A DNA stretch of 56,319 nucleotides, counting the filler, from Platydemus manokwari (Eukaryota), in NCBI GenBank assembly GCA_037951405.1. It is 5 parts of 5 records of this genome, joined end to end, with 100 filler letters (N's around TTAATTAATTAA, not from the genome) between each part and the next. Parts side by side here need not be neighbours in the genome. Positions count along the whole stretch, not along the records: positions 9,838 to 22,073 come from JBBMOY010152232.1; positions 22,174 to 35,073 come from JBBMOY011918051.1; 3 more parts are not named here. One strand, 5' to 3'. The number at the start of each line of letters is the position of its first letter. Position 1 is the first letter of the stretch. Made by a program: the position numbers and the translations under genes. Shown here piece after piece: positions 14,201 to 26,232 of this stretch. The notes beneath the pieces were generated by a model that was given only the letters and a program-made list of their open reading frames with translations, did no database searches and was not told where the DNA came from.

Positions 14201-14742
14201 AAACCATATTTCCCCACGTAAATATTGATAATAAAGACTCGATATTATCAGCTTGTAATCGTAATAATATGATGTAACAGTTATGTAATAACTTCAATAG
14301 AACATGAAAAAGTATCAAACAAGTCGATATCAAAAACTAATATGTTGATTATGTTAGCCGCGAATTAATTCATCCTGTTTGAAGTTTAGGGTAAACAAAA
14401 TTATTGACAAAGATTAAAGAGACGAGAAAATTCTAGTCTGATAGTCACAGAAAGAAGTCTGCTCTTGCTATTGGTTGAACCGACTTAATAAATCAATTGA
14501 GTTTTGAATTTTTTAGTAATTATTCTGTGTCATGAGAATTTAATAATAAAAATAATTATAAATAATGATAATAACAAGAATAATACCAATAATAATATTA
14601 TTAATAATAATGAAATAATAATAAAGCAACAATAATAATAATTATTATTATTATACCAATAACAATAATAATGATTATTTAACGGTGAAAAATTATTTGA
14701 TTAATTTTATCAAAATAACATTTATAAAAATGAAAAAAATAC

Positions 14743-14878
14743 TTCTTTATCCAATGAGGCTTCTAATCTTAATGAACCAGGGCTCATGATGAAATCTTTA
14801 ACGATTTCGGCTGATGGCTGAGGAGATGGTTTGTCTGGAGCATATGTTAATTTTCTTATGGCTAATTTGACTGAATTT
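14743..14878 (-). CDS. arrb: beta-arrestin internal exon (136 bp)
   Basis: AG/GT flanked. Encodes (R)[45 protein letters not shown], closely matching beta-arrestin RNSVRLVIRKVQYAP...[10 protein letters not shown]. Confidence 0.95.
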
Positions 14879-14938
14879 CTGATAAAAAATATGTTTGAGA
14901 AAATTTTTTAATGAAAGTCCATCAAATATAACCAATAC

Positions 14939-15006
14939 CTTTTATGTGCCTTCTCATCCGGATTATCAGCGACATAAGTTTTTAATTCATAATCTACACC
15001 ACATGG
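14939..15006 (-). CDS. arrb: beta-arrestin internal exon (68 bp)
   Basis: AG/GT flanked. Encodes PCGVDYELKTYVADNPDEKAHK(R). A 60-bp phase-2 intron (14879-14938) joins it in frame to the next exon. Confidence 0.95.
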
Positions 15007-16029
15007 CTGAAGAAATAGAAAATTTTAATAAATCGTAATATGGCCCATGTAAAAAAGGGTTTAATTTGAAGAACAATTGGTCATAAAATCCAACATCCAA
15101 TCCCACAATTATTTTGTAAATTATAACATAGATAGTTCAAATTCATCAACTAACAAATTATATTCCTAGCTTATAATAAGTACCAAAGTATGCAGATACT
15201 TCTCAGATAGCGGAAATATATTTATAATAAAGGATGAAGCCCATTAGAAGTTCATTTCCATCTCAATTAACGCTCGTTGCTGAATCACAATGCTTTCTTC
15301 AAAATTACCTCAAGAATAACAATAAAATATCAATGGAAACGATAAAAAATTCATTCCGTGTATTGCGATTACATTTGGCATCGATGGTATTACGTGAAAA
15401 CTGTCAACCATCGATTATCTGATCATTCATTCGGTCGATTAATTGAGATGATGTCAGAACCAATTTATTATTGATGAACAGGATGCACAATTCCAATGAC
15501 TGGCTTTATATATTTCACAATATACAATATCAGACCATACAACAGCCCACATTCGAATGAATAAAACTTATTGGTATTTTATATATCATTATCGATAATT
15601 GATTTATTCAAATCGTAACATTAAAAAAAATACCCAAAAAACCTACAAACAGAAAGTAGGTATTGAATAAAATAATCATTAATGATCATATCAGAGCTAC
15701 GGTGGCACTGCTTTTAATAACCAAATCCACATCGTCAATGTAACAAAGTTTGTTTCTGTCAAAATAGAAAATCTTCCCACTCGCAAGTTCGTTGAGAATT
15801 ATCATTTACTATCGATTTCTACTAAAATCCAAAATCGATTTTAAAAAACAGAATTATTTCACAATGAACCAATAGATAGATTGGAAATACATTTTGTTTT
15901 CATATTTGTGCACATTTTAAATTGAATTAAAAATTTTAACGATTAAATTTAATTAAAAATATAAAATTTAATTTTGTGAAAATTCTTTTTGTAAAAAAAC
16001 AAAATTTGTTTAAATTGTATTTTAATCTA

Positions 16030-16450
16030 ATTAGATGTCCTGAATTTTCAGTTCTATATAAAATAGCAGCGGCTTACATGTCGAACACACATATGGATTC
16101 AAATCTGAGAAGATCAATAACTGAAAATTATAGAAAAGAAGGAAGATATTGAGACTATGTAGAGAAGATATATAACACATAGTACAACTATAGTGTTTTA
16201 TGTAGATAAATTTGTGAGCATTCAATACAATGTCAATTCAGTATCAAAAGAAAATCAAAGATTTTAAAGAAAGGAGGATGTGAGTATTTTGAATTAAATT
16301 AAAAATTTTGAAGACTAGATTTTGTATAAAATTTGGTTTTATTCAAAATTTAGTTTCATGAAATTGTTTTTTGTAAAAAATTAAATTTATTTGTTTAGAT
16401 AATTGTATTGATATATAAGTTGATATCTTGACTTTTCAGTTAGTTTTCGA
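16030..16450 (-). repeat. Repeat family A copy inside the beta-arrestin intron
   Basis: Reverse-complement match, e.g. 'gcttacatg...gagaagatcaat...aaaattatagaaaagaaggaagatatt'. Confidence 0.65.
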
Positions 16451-19400
16451 TGCGTGCTTTATAAATTAATGGCGGCTTACAATAATGATATCACATTCAC
16501 AAAGAATTATTTCAAATTTTCCACTACCACAGCCACAACTCTCTTGCTTTTTAAACATCAATATGACGGGGATTTTTTGACAACATACAAGAACGATGAA
16601 ATAAATCAACAAAAATATTCATATTTATGCTGTGAGCTGTTGGACAGTTGTATGAAAAATATTTTTATAAGATTTTAAAAAACTTTGTTTTAACATTGAT
16701 TAATTCGTTTATTTATCTATTATTTTCATTATTTATAATCAATGTGACTTATTGAATATATCCAATCATTGTTCTATCTCTAATCTAAGACACAGAACTG
16801 TTGGCTAGATTATGATAATAATCAAACTGAATTTGTCATTGATAATTTTGTGTGAACTTGACAGGCAATTTGTCATTGAAATTCAATAAATAATATCAGC
16901 CTAACTCGCTTACAATCTGTTCTGATTTCTTGCTTTTATAACATCATACATTGATTCAATCAATTATCGACAATTCCAAGTAGTCACGATTTCAAAATTC
17001 AACGAAATACTTTAAATTTGATTTCCAATATTCTAAGAATTTATCTATTATTAGCATTAAAACCGTATTATCGCTTTCTTAATTTGATCCTTTCGACTAA
17101 AATTAAAATCCACCACAATCCAATTTAAGAAAAAATACTCGTTTCAATTGAAAAAAAAATAATGAAAACGTCAATTTAAAAAGTAAGCATTATCAACTTA
17201 TCACGTACGATATGAGAATTTTCCGAATAACGTTTTTCTAAAAATTTTCAAATTCAATTCCACAATAAGTTTTGCTTATTTCAAGACAATTATCAAAAAT
17301 GCCATTTCGAAAATTATGCAGAAAAAACGAAATTTTGTCTCATCACAATGTCTGTCGGATTCAACTCTTCTCAATGACAAATATTCGAAAACACTACACA
17401 CACCACACTTACTCATATACACACATACACCACACATCTACTACAAGATACAATTACTAATCGACAAATAATGCAAGAGTTCTCAACGTTATTCATCTGA
17501 TAGCAAGAGCTTCGTTTGAAAGACAATTTACGTTTTCTTTCAATGAAAAAATTCTCATCGAAATTTCTAATCGAATAATTATATAAATAATTACGACTTT
17601 CTATTATTCTTATTTAGAGAATTTGAATTTAATTCTCACAAAAGGAAATTTGAAAAATATTTTCCTGTAAAATATTAAATCATTTTTCTCTTTTCAGTTA
17701 CAATTTCTTCAGATTTCTTTATCGTAATTTTCAGATTTATCTTTAAATAGCTATGAACTCAGTGAGTTCTTTTATTGGGATTTTTTAAATGAAATTTTTA
17801 AACAGTGTGGTTAGAAAAAATTGTCAGCAAAATTGCTTATTGGTAGAAAATATGAAATGAATTTCATGCATAATGTTCATATGAGATTGGAAATTATATA
17901 TTTATATGTGGATAAGGGTTAAATGAGGATGATAATGATAATCGATATGTAATATTTTATTAATCATTCCCCATGATTCAGAAATACATTCAAAGGTCGA
18001 AGCCATTTTTTTATAACAAATCAGGTTAAATAAATTAGAGTTGTGAAAAGACAAAAAATAAACCAAAACAGAACGTTTAGAATAATTTTCATTGTTATCG
18101 AAAATATTTTTGGAAATCTATCAAAAGTAATCCGAAAACAATTTGTTTTTCAACAGTTAAAGATCGGATTAAAAAGTTTTGCAGTGCAGTGTTCATCAAA
18201 ATATAATTTCGATTTTATCAAGATGGGCAAGCCTTTATCACCAATATGGGATTGGTTGAAATGTTAGAGAGCATGATGTGTATGGATAAAATGCGGTTAG
18301 GTGGAAAGAGAAAACATTGAATTACTTATTTATATTTATTCTTAAAATATTCATCACATCCAAGCATGGTGTCGGTTTTTGTCATTTTAAGATATGGTTA
18401 TCAGTGATACCAATATTCGATTATGATCTCCAAGTTTTGTAAAGAATTATAGTTAAATAGTTTATATATAAATTTATTTTAATATAAATTCAACCAAAAA
18501 AATAAACACTAAAATATAAACAATATTATGGCTCCACAATATTCAACCATTATTATGATTACAATTATCGCATTAATTTATTTCATGAAATCACATCAAA
18601 CATTAGGTTTATTCAGCAAATATTTCGAAAGAATTTGTCCTATTAAATAGTTTTGAAAACTATTAAAAATTATTACAATCAAAATCATTATCAAATTCAA
18701 TCTTATATCTACATTGTCACGAATTTGATATTCTAAATTTCATATTGATTATTAAGTTGTCACTCCATGATAACCATGACTGATTTAATATGAACCCGGT
18801 TGGTTTTAAAATATATCTAAATATACGAACATGGAACAAAAGATAAAAAAACATGATTTTAAGCCCACCTCATAAACTATTAGAGAACAAATAAAGGTCA
18901 ATGAAACAATCGATAATAATTGGTGATTTTGATCATTAGAATGATATTAGAATTTATTGAAGTGGTTATGATTCAATGAAATATTCATTTGTCTATTACC
19001 TGATACACACACATAGAAATATATCACCAATATTTAATACATCTTTATAAAACAAACCTTATTTACCTCATAAAAACTCGTTAATTTAGCTTTTATCTTG
19101 ACTTTTTTAAACAAAATAATCCCAACACAATGATTTCCGATGAAAATTCCATTTCAAATCAACTTCTCTGCTTTAATTAATTTGGAGTTTTCTAATCTGA
19201 CATCTCTCTTCGAATCGTATAATGCTGGATATATTTAATATCAGGTGTTTTCATAACTGCTTGTCAATATCCGATTTTATTAATTTAAATATGGAAACTT
19301 TTGTAATAACGAACCAATCAAAGATAGCTGATTTGAGTAATAAAATCTTACAACAATATCATATTTCCTTATCAGACAGACATACTCGATGTAGAGAGTG

Positions 19401-21440
19401 AAACACTCGATTTGTATTGTGATTTACTTTTCCAATCAGTGAACCATAAAATCACCATAAAATCACAGATATCATGTTTCAATTTTCCAGAGATAAAAAA
19501 AATACCCCCTCCCAAAAAAATAAATCAAAATCAATTCCAATTCTAATATCAACCGATTGATTGGAATTCTATTATCGAAGATATCATAAATTGATTTTAA
19601 AAACCAATTTTCCAGATAATAAAGCAAAGCTTAACGAAAACTAGACATCACAATATCAATATTCCTCCCCATTCCATTAATTTAACAATAATTATGTGAT
19701 GGAAAAATTATGTTATAACCGATATTTTTCCATGAAAAATACTTAAGGCAGCATGATAAAAGAATCGTTGGAATTATCTTGATTTCAATGTTATTTGCAA
19801 TGATGCAAGATGTGAAAATGATGCCATAATTACCCGTATTTATCTACTAATCAGCTTCCAGGGACAAAACGATGATGAATGATATGATTCATTGATAATT
19901 GCATGTATGCCAACATTATTAATTTTCATGGAAGATTCATTATTTTGATGATTCCTCGATGAATATTGGTTAAGATTATCTATTTTCACATGTTTTCGAT
20001 AAACGATATTTTTTCTGATATTCAATGAAGGATAATAATATCATAATAATGAATATTATACATAACATACAATGGCGAACGCATTTTATTCAATAAGTTA
20101 TTTGTCAGCAGAAATTGAAAATTATTTTAGAAGATTTTAAAGTTGAATGTAAATTATTATTCTAATCAAACGTTATTGGTTCTAACAAGGTCCACAAATT
20201 CCAAAAATTTCCTCAAATATTCCATTAGCATTTTACATATATAGTGCAGATTTTATCATTAAAGAATCCAGAAATTCCTTTAAATGATAAACAAAATTTT
20301 CGAATAACCAACGTAATTCATGTTTTATAAATCATTTCCAATGTTATTTATTATTTATAACGCCATCAGAAGATCAGTGGCGAATATTTTGGTCTAAAAT
20401 AAAGTTTGAATTTATCAGGATCTTGGAACAAGTCCTTAATGCTCTGCTCACAAATGATTGAAACGATTTATATTGTGTTTCTTAAAATTACTTCTAATTC
20501 AAAGCAAATCGATCATAGTTATATGGTTTAAATAAACTTTAAGGCGATGTGTAAAAATACTTCTTGACTTAATATTCTTATGGAAATACTGTCACTCGCT
20601 TTAATCCAACAATCAACTGTTGTGAATATCCATTGGATTTATAACAGAGTAACAAGTTTTATTGAGTTTTCAATAAATAGATATAATGGCAACCGATCCA
20701 TTTGCCGCTTGGGTATGTCGACCATGCCACAATATTTCGATCAAAACATCCCGATCGGTATAGAACTTCCGATTTTTACTTCGACCGCTACATACAACTA
20801 CAAAGACATTTACAACCATTAAAGTGTTTAATATATAAAATAATCATTCGAGCTGATTTATTTTTATTTATCAAATTGACCTAAATTTTCTCTGAAATCT
20901 TTTCTTACTGCAATTATTTTCAATTAAATGAGCAGAGCATTCGAGTTGTACATTTTATTGCACATAAATATTTTGGATTGGAGAATATTTTCAGTAAATA
21001 TCACCCAAAAAACCAATATAAAACACGAATTTCGTAAAATCAATGAACTAAAAAAATCGCCATTAAAAAACAATATTTCATCGACATTTCTTGTACGAGA
21101 ATAATCTTAATAAACACAGATTTTTCATTGAAATTATTATTATTATTATTTTGCTAGATTATTGGATTGTGTTGTTTATAATAAATAACTAGAATGAACT
21201 ATTTATATCAATAATTTTCTTTTTCAATGCAAAAATTGTTTTTTCTTTCCCAGAGATATTTTTGTCGAAAAATTAATATTTCAACCTCATCAGATAGAAA
21301 CGTATGTAATTAAAAATTAAATATTAATAATAATAATCAAATGGATATTGAAGATAAGTGAAAATATCGAATAAGATAAAACGAGAAAAATAATATTTTT
21401 GTTTAAAATTCATAACATATGGAAATCAATAAATATTAAC

Positions 21441-21500
21441 CTTGCCATTATCATTCGGTCCAGGTTGCAATGTGACAGAAGCAGGAGTATTGTGAGGCAG
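21441..21500 (-). CDS. arrb: beta-arrestin internal exon (60 bp)
   Basis: ttttaag acceptor and gttaat donor, phase 0/0. Encodes [20 protein letters not shown], matching beta-arrestin [20 protein letters not shown]. It joins exon 15006-14939 in frame across a 6434-bp intron. Confidence 0.93.
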
Positions 21501-22073
21501 CTTAAAATATTGATAATTATTAAATCGATATTATTTTCATTATCGTTATTTTCATAATATTTATTATTATTAAATTTGATTCGTTAATTATTAGAAAAAT
21601 TTTCCATGGCGATCTGTTGATTGAATTAATTACAAATCCAGCGGGTACCCCCTCTCAACGATAGACTAATTTGTATTCCCTTTCGAACAAATCAGTATCA
21701 GAAGGATACTAGTAGCCACTTGTGATCAACTCGTTTGCAGTTTAACAAAAGAACAAAACAAGGATTGCATCTTCAACAGGTTTTCTCCTCGACAACATCC
21801 TATACGCTTAACTAAACCAATGGTAGATATGACATCGTCCATAATTTTTCAACATATTTACCAGTATTATTCACATGTAATTTTAAGAATAAAATATGTG
21901 AGATGGAGTTTGGACTTGGAAAGGGTTCCATTCCAAAAGGGTCAGAACACAATAATGGGCCTCTTTTATACTTGTGTTTTGGTTCTAAGCTAGCCCATTC
22001 TTCAAAATTATTATCATTGATTTTATAAATGTTACCATTAAGATTGATACAACTCAACTAATCAGCATATCAT

Positions 22074-22173
22074 NNNNNNNNNNNNNNNNNNNNNNNNNNN
22101 NNNNNNNNNNNNNNNNNTTAATTAATTAANNNNNNNNNNNNNNNNNNNNNNNNNNNNNNNNNNNNNNNNNNNN
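22074..22173. other. Artificial contig-joining spacer
   Basis: 44 N + TTAATTAATTAA + 44 N. Confidence 0.95.
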
Positions 22174-23899
22174 ATAATTTAAAAATTTTCATAAAAATTA
22201 ATGTTTTTGGCAATTTTAAATGATTTTTAAGGTGCGTCTAAAAATTTTAGTCGGACTGTATATATATGTATGTGTGTGCGTGTGTGTCAAGTGAAGTTTC
22301 AGTGTTGGCTCGGTTTCAAATAGTTTACCGGTTCTTTTGTAATTGGTTTGGTGAGTACTGCAGTGCATATATTATCTGTTTAGAACTGTAACCTTTAATT
22401 TCATAGTTCCACGTCCGCGAGTATTAATTGTTATTGGCTTCTGTAAACAGAATCACCCGCTCCACTGGACATTTTCTTACTTCTGTTCTGTAAAGATCGT
22501 TTGCCATCAATTCATGATTTTTCATTTTTATAAAAATCTCTCTAGCTTTAGATATTTCGTCCTTTTTTATCAATTGTAACACTTGATCTAATTTTTCTTT
22601 ATCGTTAGAGGTTTAGTCTCTCTTTTTTTTTCTAATAAATTCTTCATATTCTGTAATCATACACGCCTGCTTAAAATATACAACTTCTGATAATTGAGTG
22701 ATTAAATAAAATAATTTTTCCTTAACGTTTCAATATCACTAAGTGCCACACTATCAATTTTTTTTAATGCAGTAACAATTTTATCAAATGCTACATTCTT
22801 TTTGTTCATTATCCGTTCGTATCATTTACGGATGCTCTTGTAGAGCATATTATAGAGCAATTTATTATTCTCTTTTCATTTTTTTTAAAATGTTTTAGTA
22901 GCTCATTTGAACAATAACGATCATCATTTGTTAGAGAAGTAATATTTTATTTGGTATTGTCTCCGAACCATCAAATTGTCCACGTGATCATCAAATTCTG
23001 GAATTGGAAATTAATTTGGGAATTATTATCAAACCCTTAAACTATGCTTCACAATCAATCGTCATATCAACAGATTGGTTGGGAATATTGATTGACTGAG
23101 AGACTGTTTGAGTCGGTTGGTTAATGATGTCGTTTATATTTGTGGGTAATTAGAGGGATAGATTTTTGTTGGAATAAATCTTGGACAGATTTTTGAGGTC
23201 TGACTCTTAATAGAATTATAAAATTCAATAAATTAAAAGAATCTAATATTAGATCGGAATCATTTCCGCTTTTCGATTTTTGTGACTCAGATTCAGATCA
23301 ATTTTATCGAACTTCGTCGACTAATCCAGCCCAGCGGTTATTGTCATTTTATCTCAGAATTTTCATTTCTACTTTGAATTTTTAAATGAAATTCATAAAG
23401 ATAAACTAAAAAATTTTACTTTAAATATTTTAAAGAAAAGAAATAATGTTTTTCAAAATTTTCTATGTCAACTATCAGTTGGTTAAAATGTTTACAATTA
23501 TGAATGAGGTCGGGATTTAATATTTCTTTAAACAAAGAGTGGGCGGTTCATTTCGAGTGATCAAAGAAAATTCTCTAATTACATAAATTACGTAGATAAT
23601 TAAAAGAATTTGCACCTGCTTGCTTCCACTTTAACAGTTATTGTTTCTGGTTATTTTAATAATAATGATAATAAATCAGCAATAACAATCGGAAATACTA
23701 GAATCATTATAAAAGTCAATTTCAGGGAACGAAGTGTTAAATAAGAATCGTGTAAATTAAAGATTTTTAATCGCTTTAATTGAGCATTAAAATTTTTTAA
23801 AAAGATTATTTAATATAGGTTTAAAATACAATATAATTGTTTTTTGGTAAGATTGAGTTCAAATGATCAACAAGTCAACGAGTTGCATGACCACAACGC

Positions 23900-25050
23900 A
23901 GCACCCGTAACGTATATGAGAAGGTCCAACGGAAAGCGACAAATCTCGTATCAAGATAGAGTATCAAACCCAGAATGTCTGACTGAGAGAAAGGAAAGAA
24001 AAAAGGGAATATTCGATCAGTTTCTTCTGAAGTTGAGTTGGATTTTTCAATAATCATCATAGATTGTTGTTACTGTAATGCTTAGGGGATGATATCGATA
24101 TTTTTCAATATCATTTTGTCAAACTTATTGAGAAATGAGAGTTTCGTTGAATTCTCGACTAGGTTAGTTTGTCCTCGAATCAAAACTGTCATAAAAATGA
24201 CTAAAAGTCTACCAGACTTTGTGCACTACCTTCTAATTGCTGTGACTCGAAGAATGATAAGAGAGATATATTTTATCCAGTTTTACCTTAGGGCTCAGAA
24301 GCGGTCTAAGCTTCAATATAGTAAATTTCATCATTGACTGGTAAGTTAGACCGTAACTCTCTTTATTATACTGAGCTCGATAGCTGTGCCTCACATCACT
24401 GTGGATGGGGATTTCTTCTAACTTATAGGTCAAACCTATCTGACACATTAATAAGCACATCGGTTTGATGGTGGTACCATATCTGATCATAGTGTCGCAT
24501 GTTTGACACGGGTAATTGTTTAGCGAAAGAGTGATGTTTCTACCACTGATTCCAAGAGTACATTGAGAATTCTATGTGAAACCAATCTTTGATTACCGTG
24601 TGAACTGACACAGTATAATGTAGTTTGTGTTGTATGATTCTCTTGCATAGTGGAGCATATTGAGGTTTATTTCATCTATTTCGATCCAGTGAGCAGGCTT
24701 TTCAAACTGTCATCAATGTATAAATCCACCCTTATCTTAGTCATCGTATTGCATCAAGGAAGATATGGCAGCGTTTCATTAATAGAGATCATTAAATCGG
24801 ATGAGTTCACAAAACAATTTACACAACAGAGTTAGACAATTCAAGGTTATCATTAAGTCATTTAAGCGCAATGTCTAATGAGCTACTGTTACGAGAGAGT
24901 CTAGCTTTAAAGATCTCTATCGGAGCCCTAATGATATATCGGGGCACATGATAACAAACGTTAATCACTTTAAAGAGTTGAACTATCTGCTGTAGCATAT
25001 AGTCGTCCAAAAATCCAAAAGATCAGCGGCCCATGCATCCTATCTATGAG
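23900..25050 (-). mobile_element. Highly decayed non-LTR retrotransposon (CR1/L2-like) fragment
   Basis: Elevated GC. Minus-strand fragments FLDDYMLQQIVQL (endonuclease-tail-like, about 25010-24975) and DLYIDDSLK (YADD-like, about 24725-24703), with many stops and frameshifts. Confidence 0.35.
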
Positions 25051-26232
25051 AAATTTGCAAGTACCAAAATTACTCCGCTAATATCAATATTTTAAACATA
25101 AGGTCATCGAGCCTGATAATCATGTTAATCATCGATGATATGAGAAAATAGGAATCATAATTAGATATTTTATTTCTCTGAACTTATTTAAAGTTTGATA
25201 AATGTATTTTTATTTAGTACAGATTAAGGGTAGGTAATTGATCATGAACGGATAATACCAACAAGCGCTCCACAGATAGATCAGTTTCTTAGTCATATTT
25301 TACCGCACTTTGAGAACGTCATGCCAAATTTCTTTCAACCATACATTGTAATCAATCTAACTTACATTCGGATTGTGTGCTCATTTTGTGATTGAACCTT
25401 CACAAACACAATTTACTTAATATTTTAGAAATTTCATGTCAGATAAGGAATATTTAATAACAAAGCATTTAATTTGTGAATTTTTTTTGTCTATTGAAGA
25501 TCAAATTAATAGTTTGAAACTCTAAGGAAATGCAAGACATTTTAGTAATTTTTAAATAAAGAAAAATTTATTTGATTTAAAAAGTTTTTGACAAATATGA
25601 AGAATCACAGACATTCTTTTTATTTTTAATAATTTTTAAGTTATCACAACAAAATTAGCTTGGTAAAAATATCATTAATCTCAAATCAATTACAATTTCA
25701 AGTTTATTAGAGAAATATTTATAATTACCAATACTTAACACGATTAAATCTAATCAAAATGTATTCCTTTTTAATAGTTAACTTGATAATATAGATTTTA
25801 AGTGTATTTCGAAGGACAAATTAATTCTTAAAATGTCAATTATTTATGTAAAACATTTACATATTTTAGATATTAGCCGTCCTAGATAATTTGAATATGG
25901 GCTACGAAAGAATAAGAGAAATCAAATTCCTATTTTAATTCGAAAAATATAAGTACCACTTGATAGTTTAGTTTCATCGTTAAATATATTTACATATCCA
26001 ATATCTTTCAGAAAATATTCGATCATTATTAAATAATTTTTAGTCCAGAATGTATTAAAGACGATAAATCAAATCAAGGAAAAATAAAAAGACTACAAAT
26101 TCGAAATTATTGAATTTATTTAATCCATTTTTACAAAATTTAAAACAGTACATTATATAAAAAGTTTTCGCGTTGTTACCTTAAATTTTATATCTATCTC
26201 TATACAGACATGATATATAAATCTTAATATCA

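Noticed and set aside
14540-14680. AAT-rich tract
   Set aside because: Degenerate intronic microsatellite, not coding poly-Asn.
1-14742. Homeobox and lectin genes nested in a beta-arrestin intron
   Set aside because: No downstream arrestin exons (YYHGE..., LALDG...) found, and an artificial spacer separates the segments.
21812-22057. 81-aa minus-strand ORF as a possible upstream arrestin exon
   Set aside because: No similarity to the expected arrestin N-domain sequence (FRYGRED, RLQERL, YPF); truncated by the spacer.
22290-22620. Minus-strand fragments resembling a LINE endonuclease start (VILFTEAN...IKGY...AVLTK)
   Set aside because: Similarity too weak to annotate without a search.
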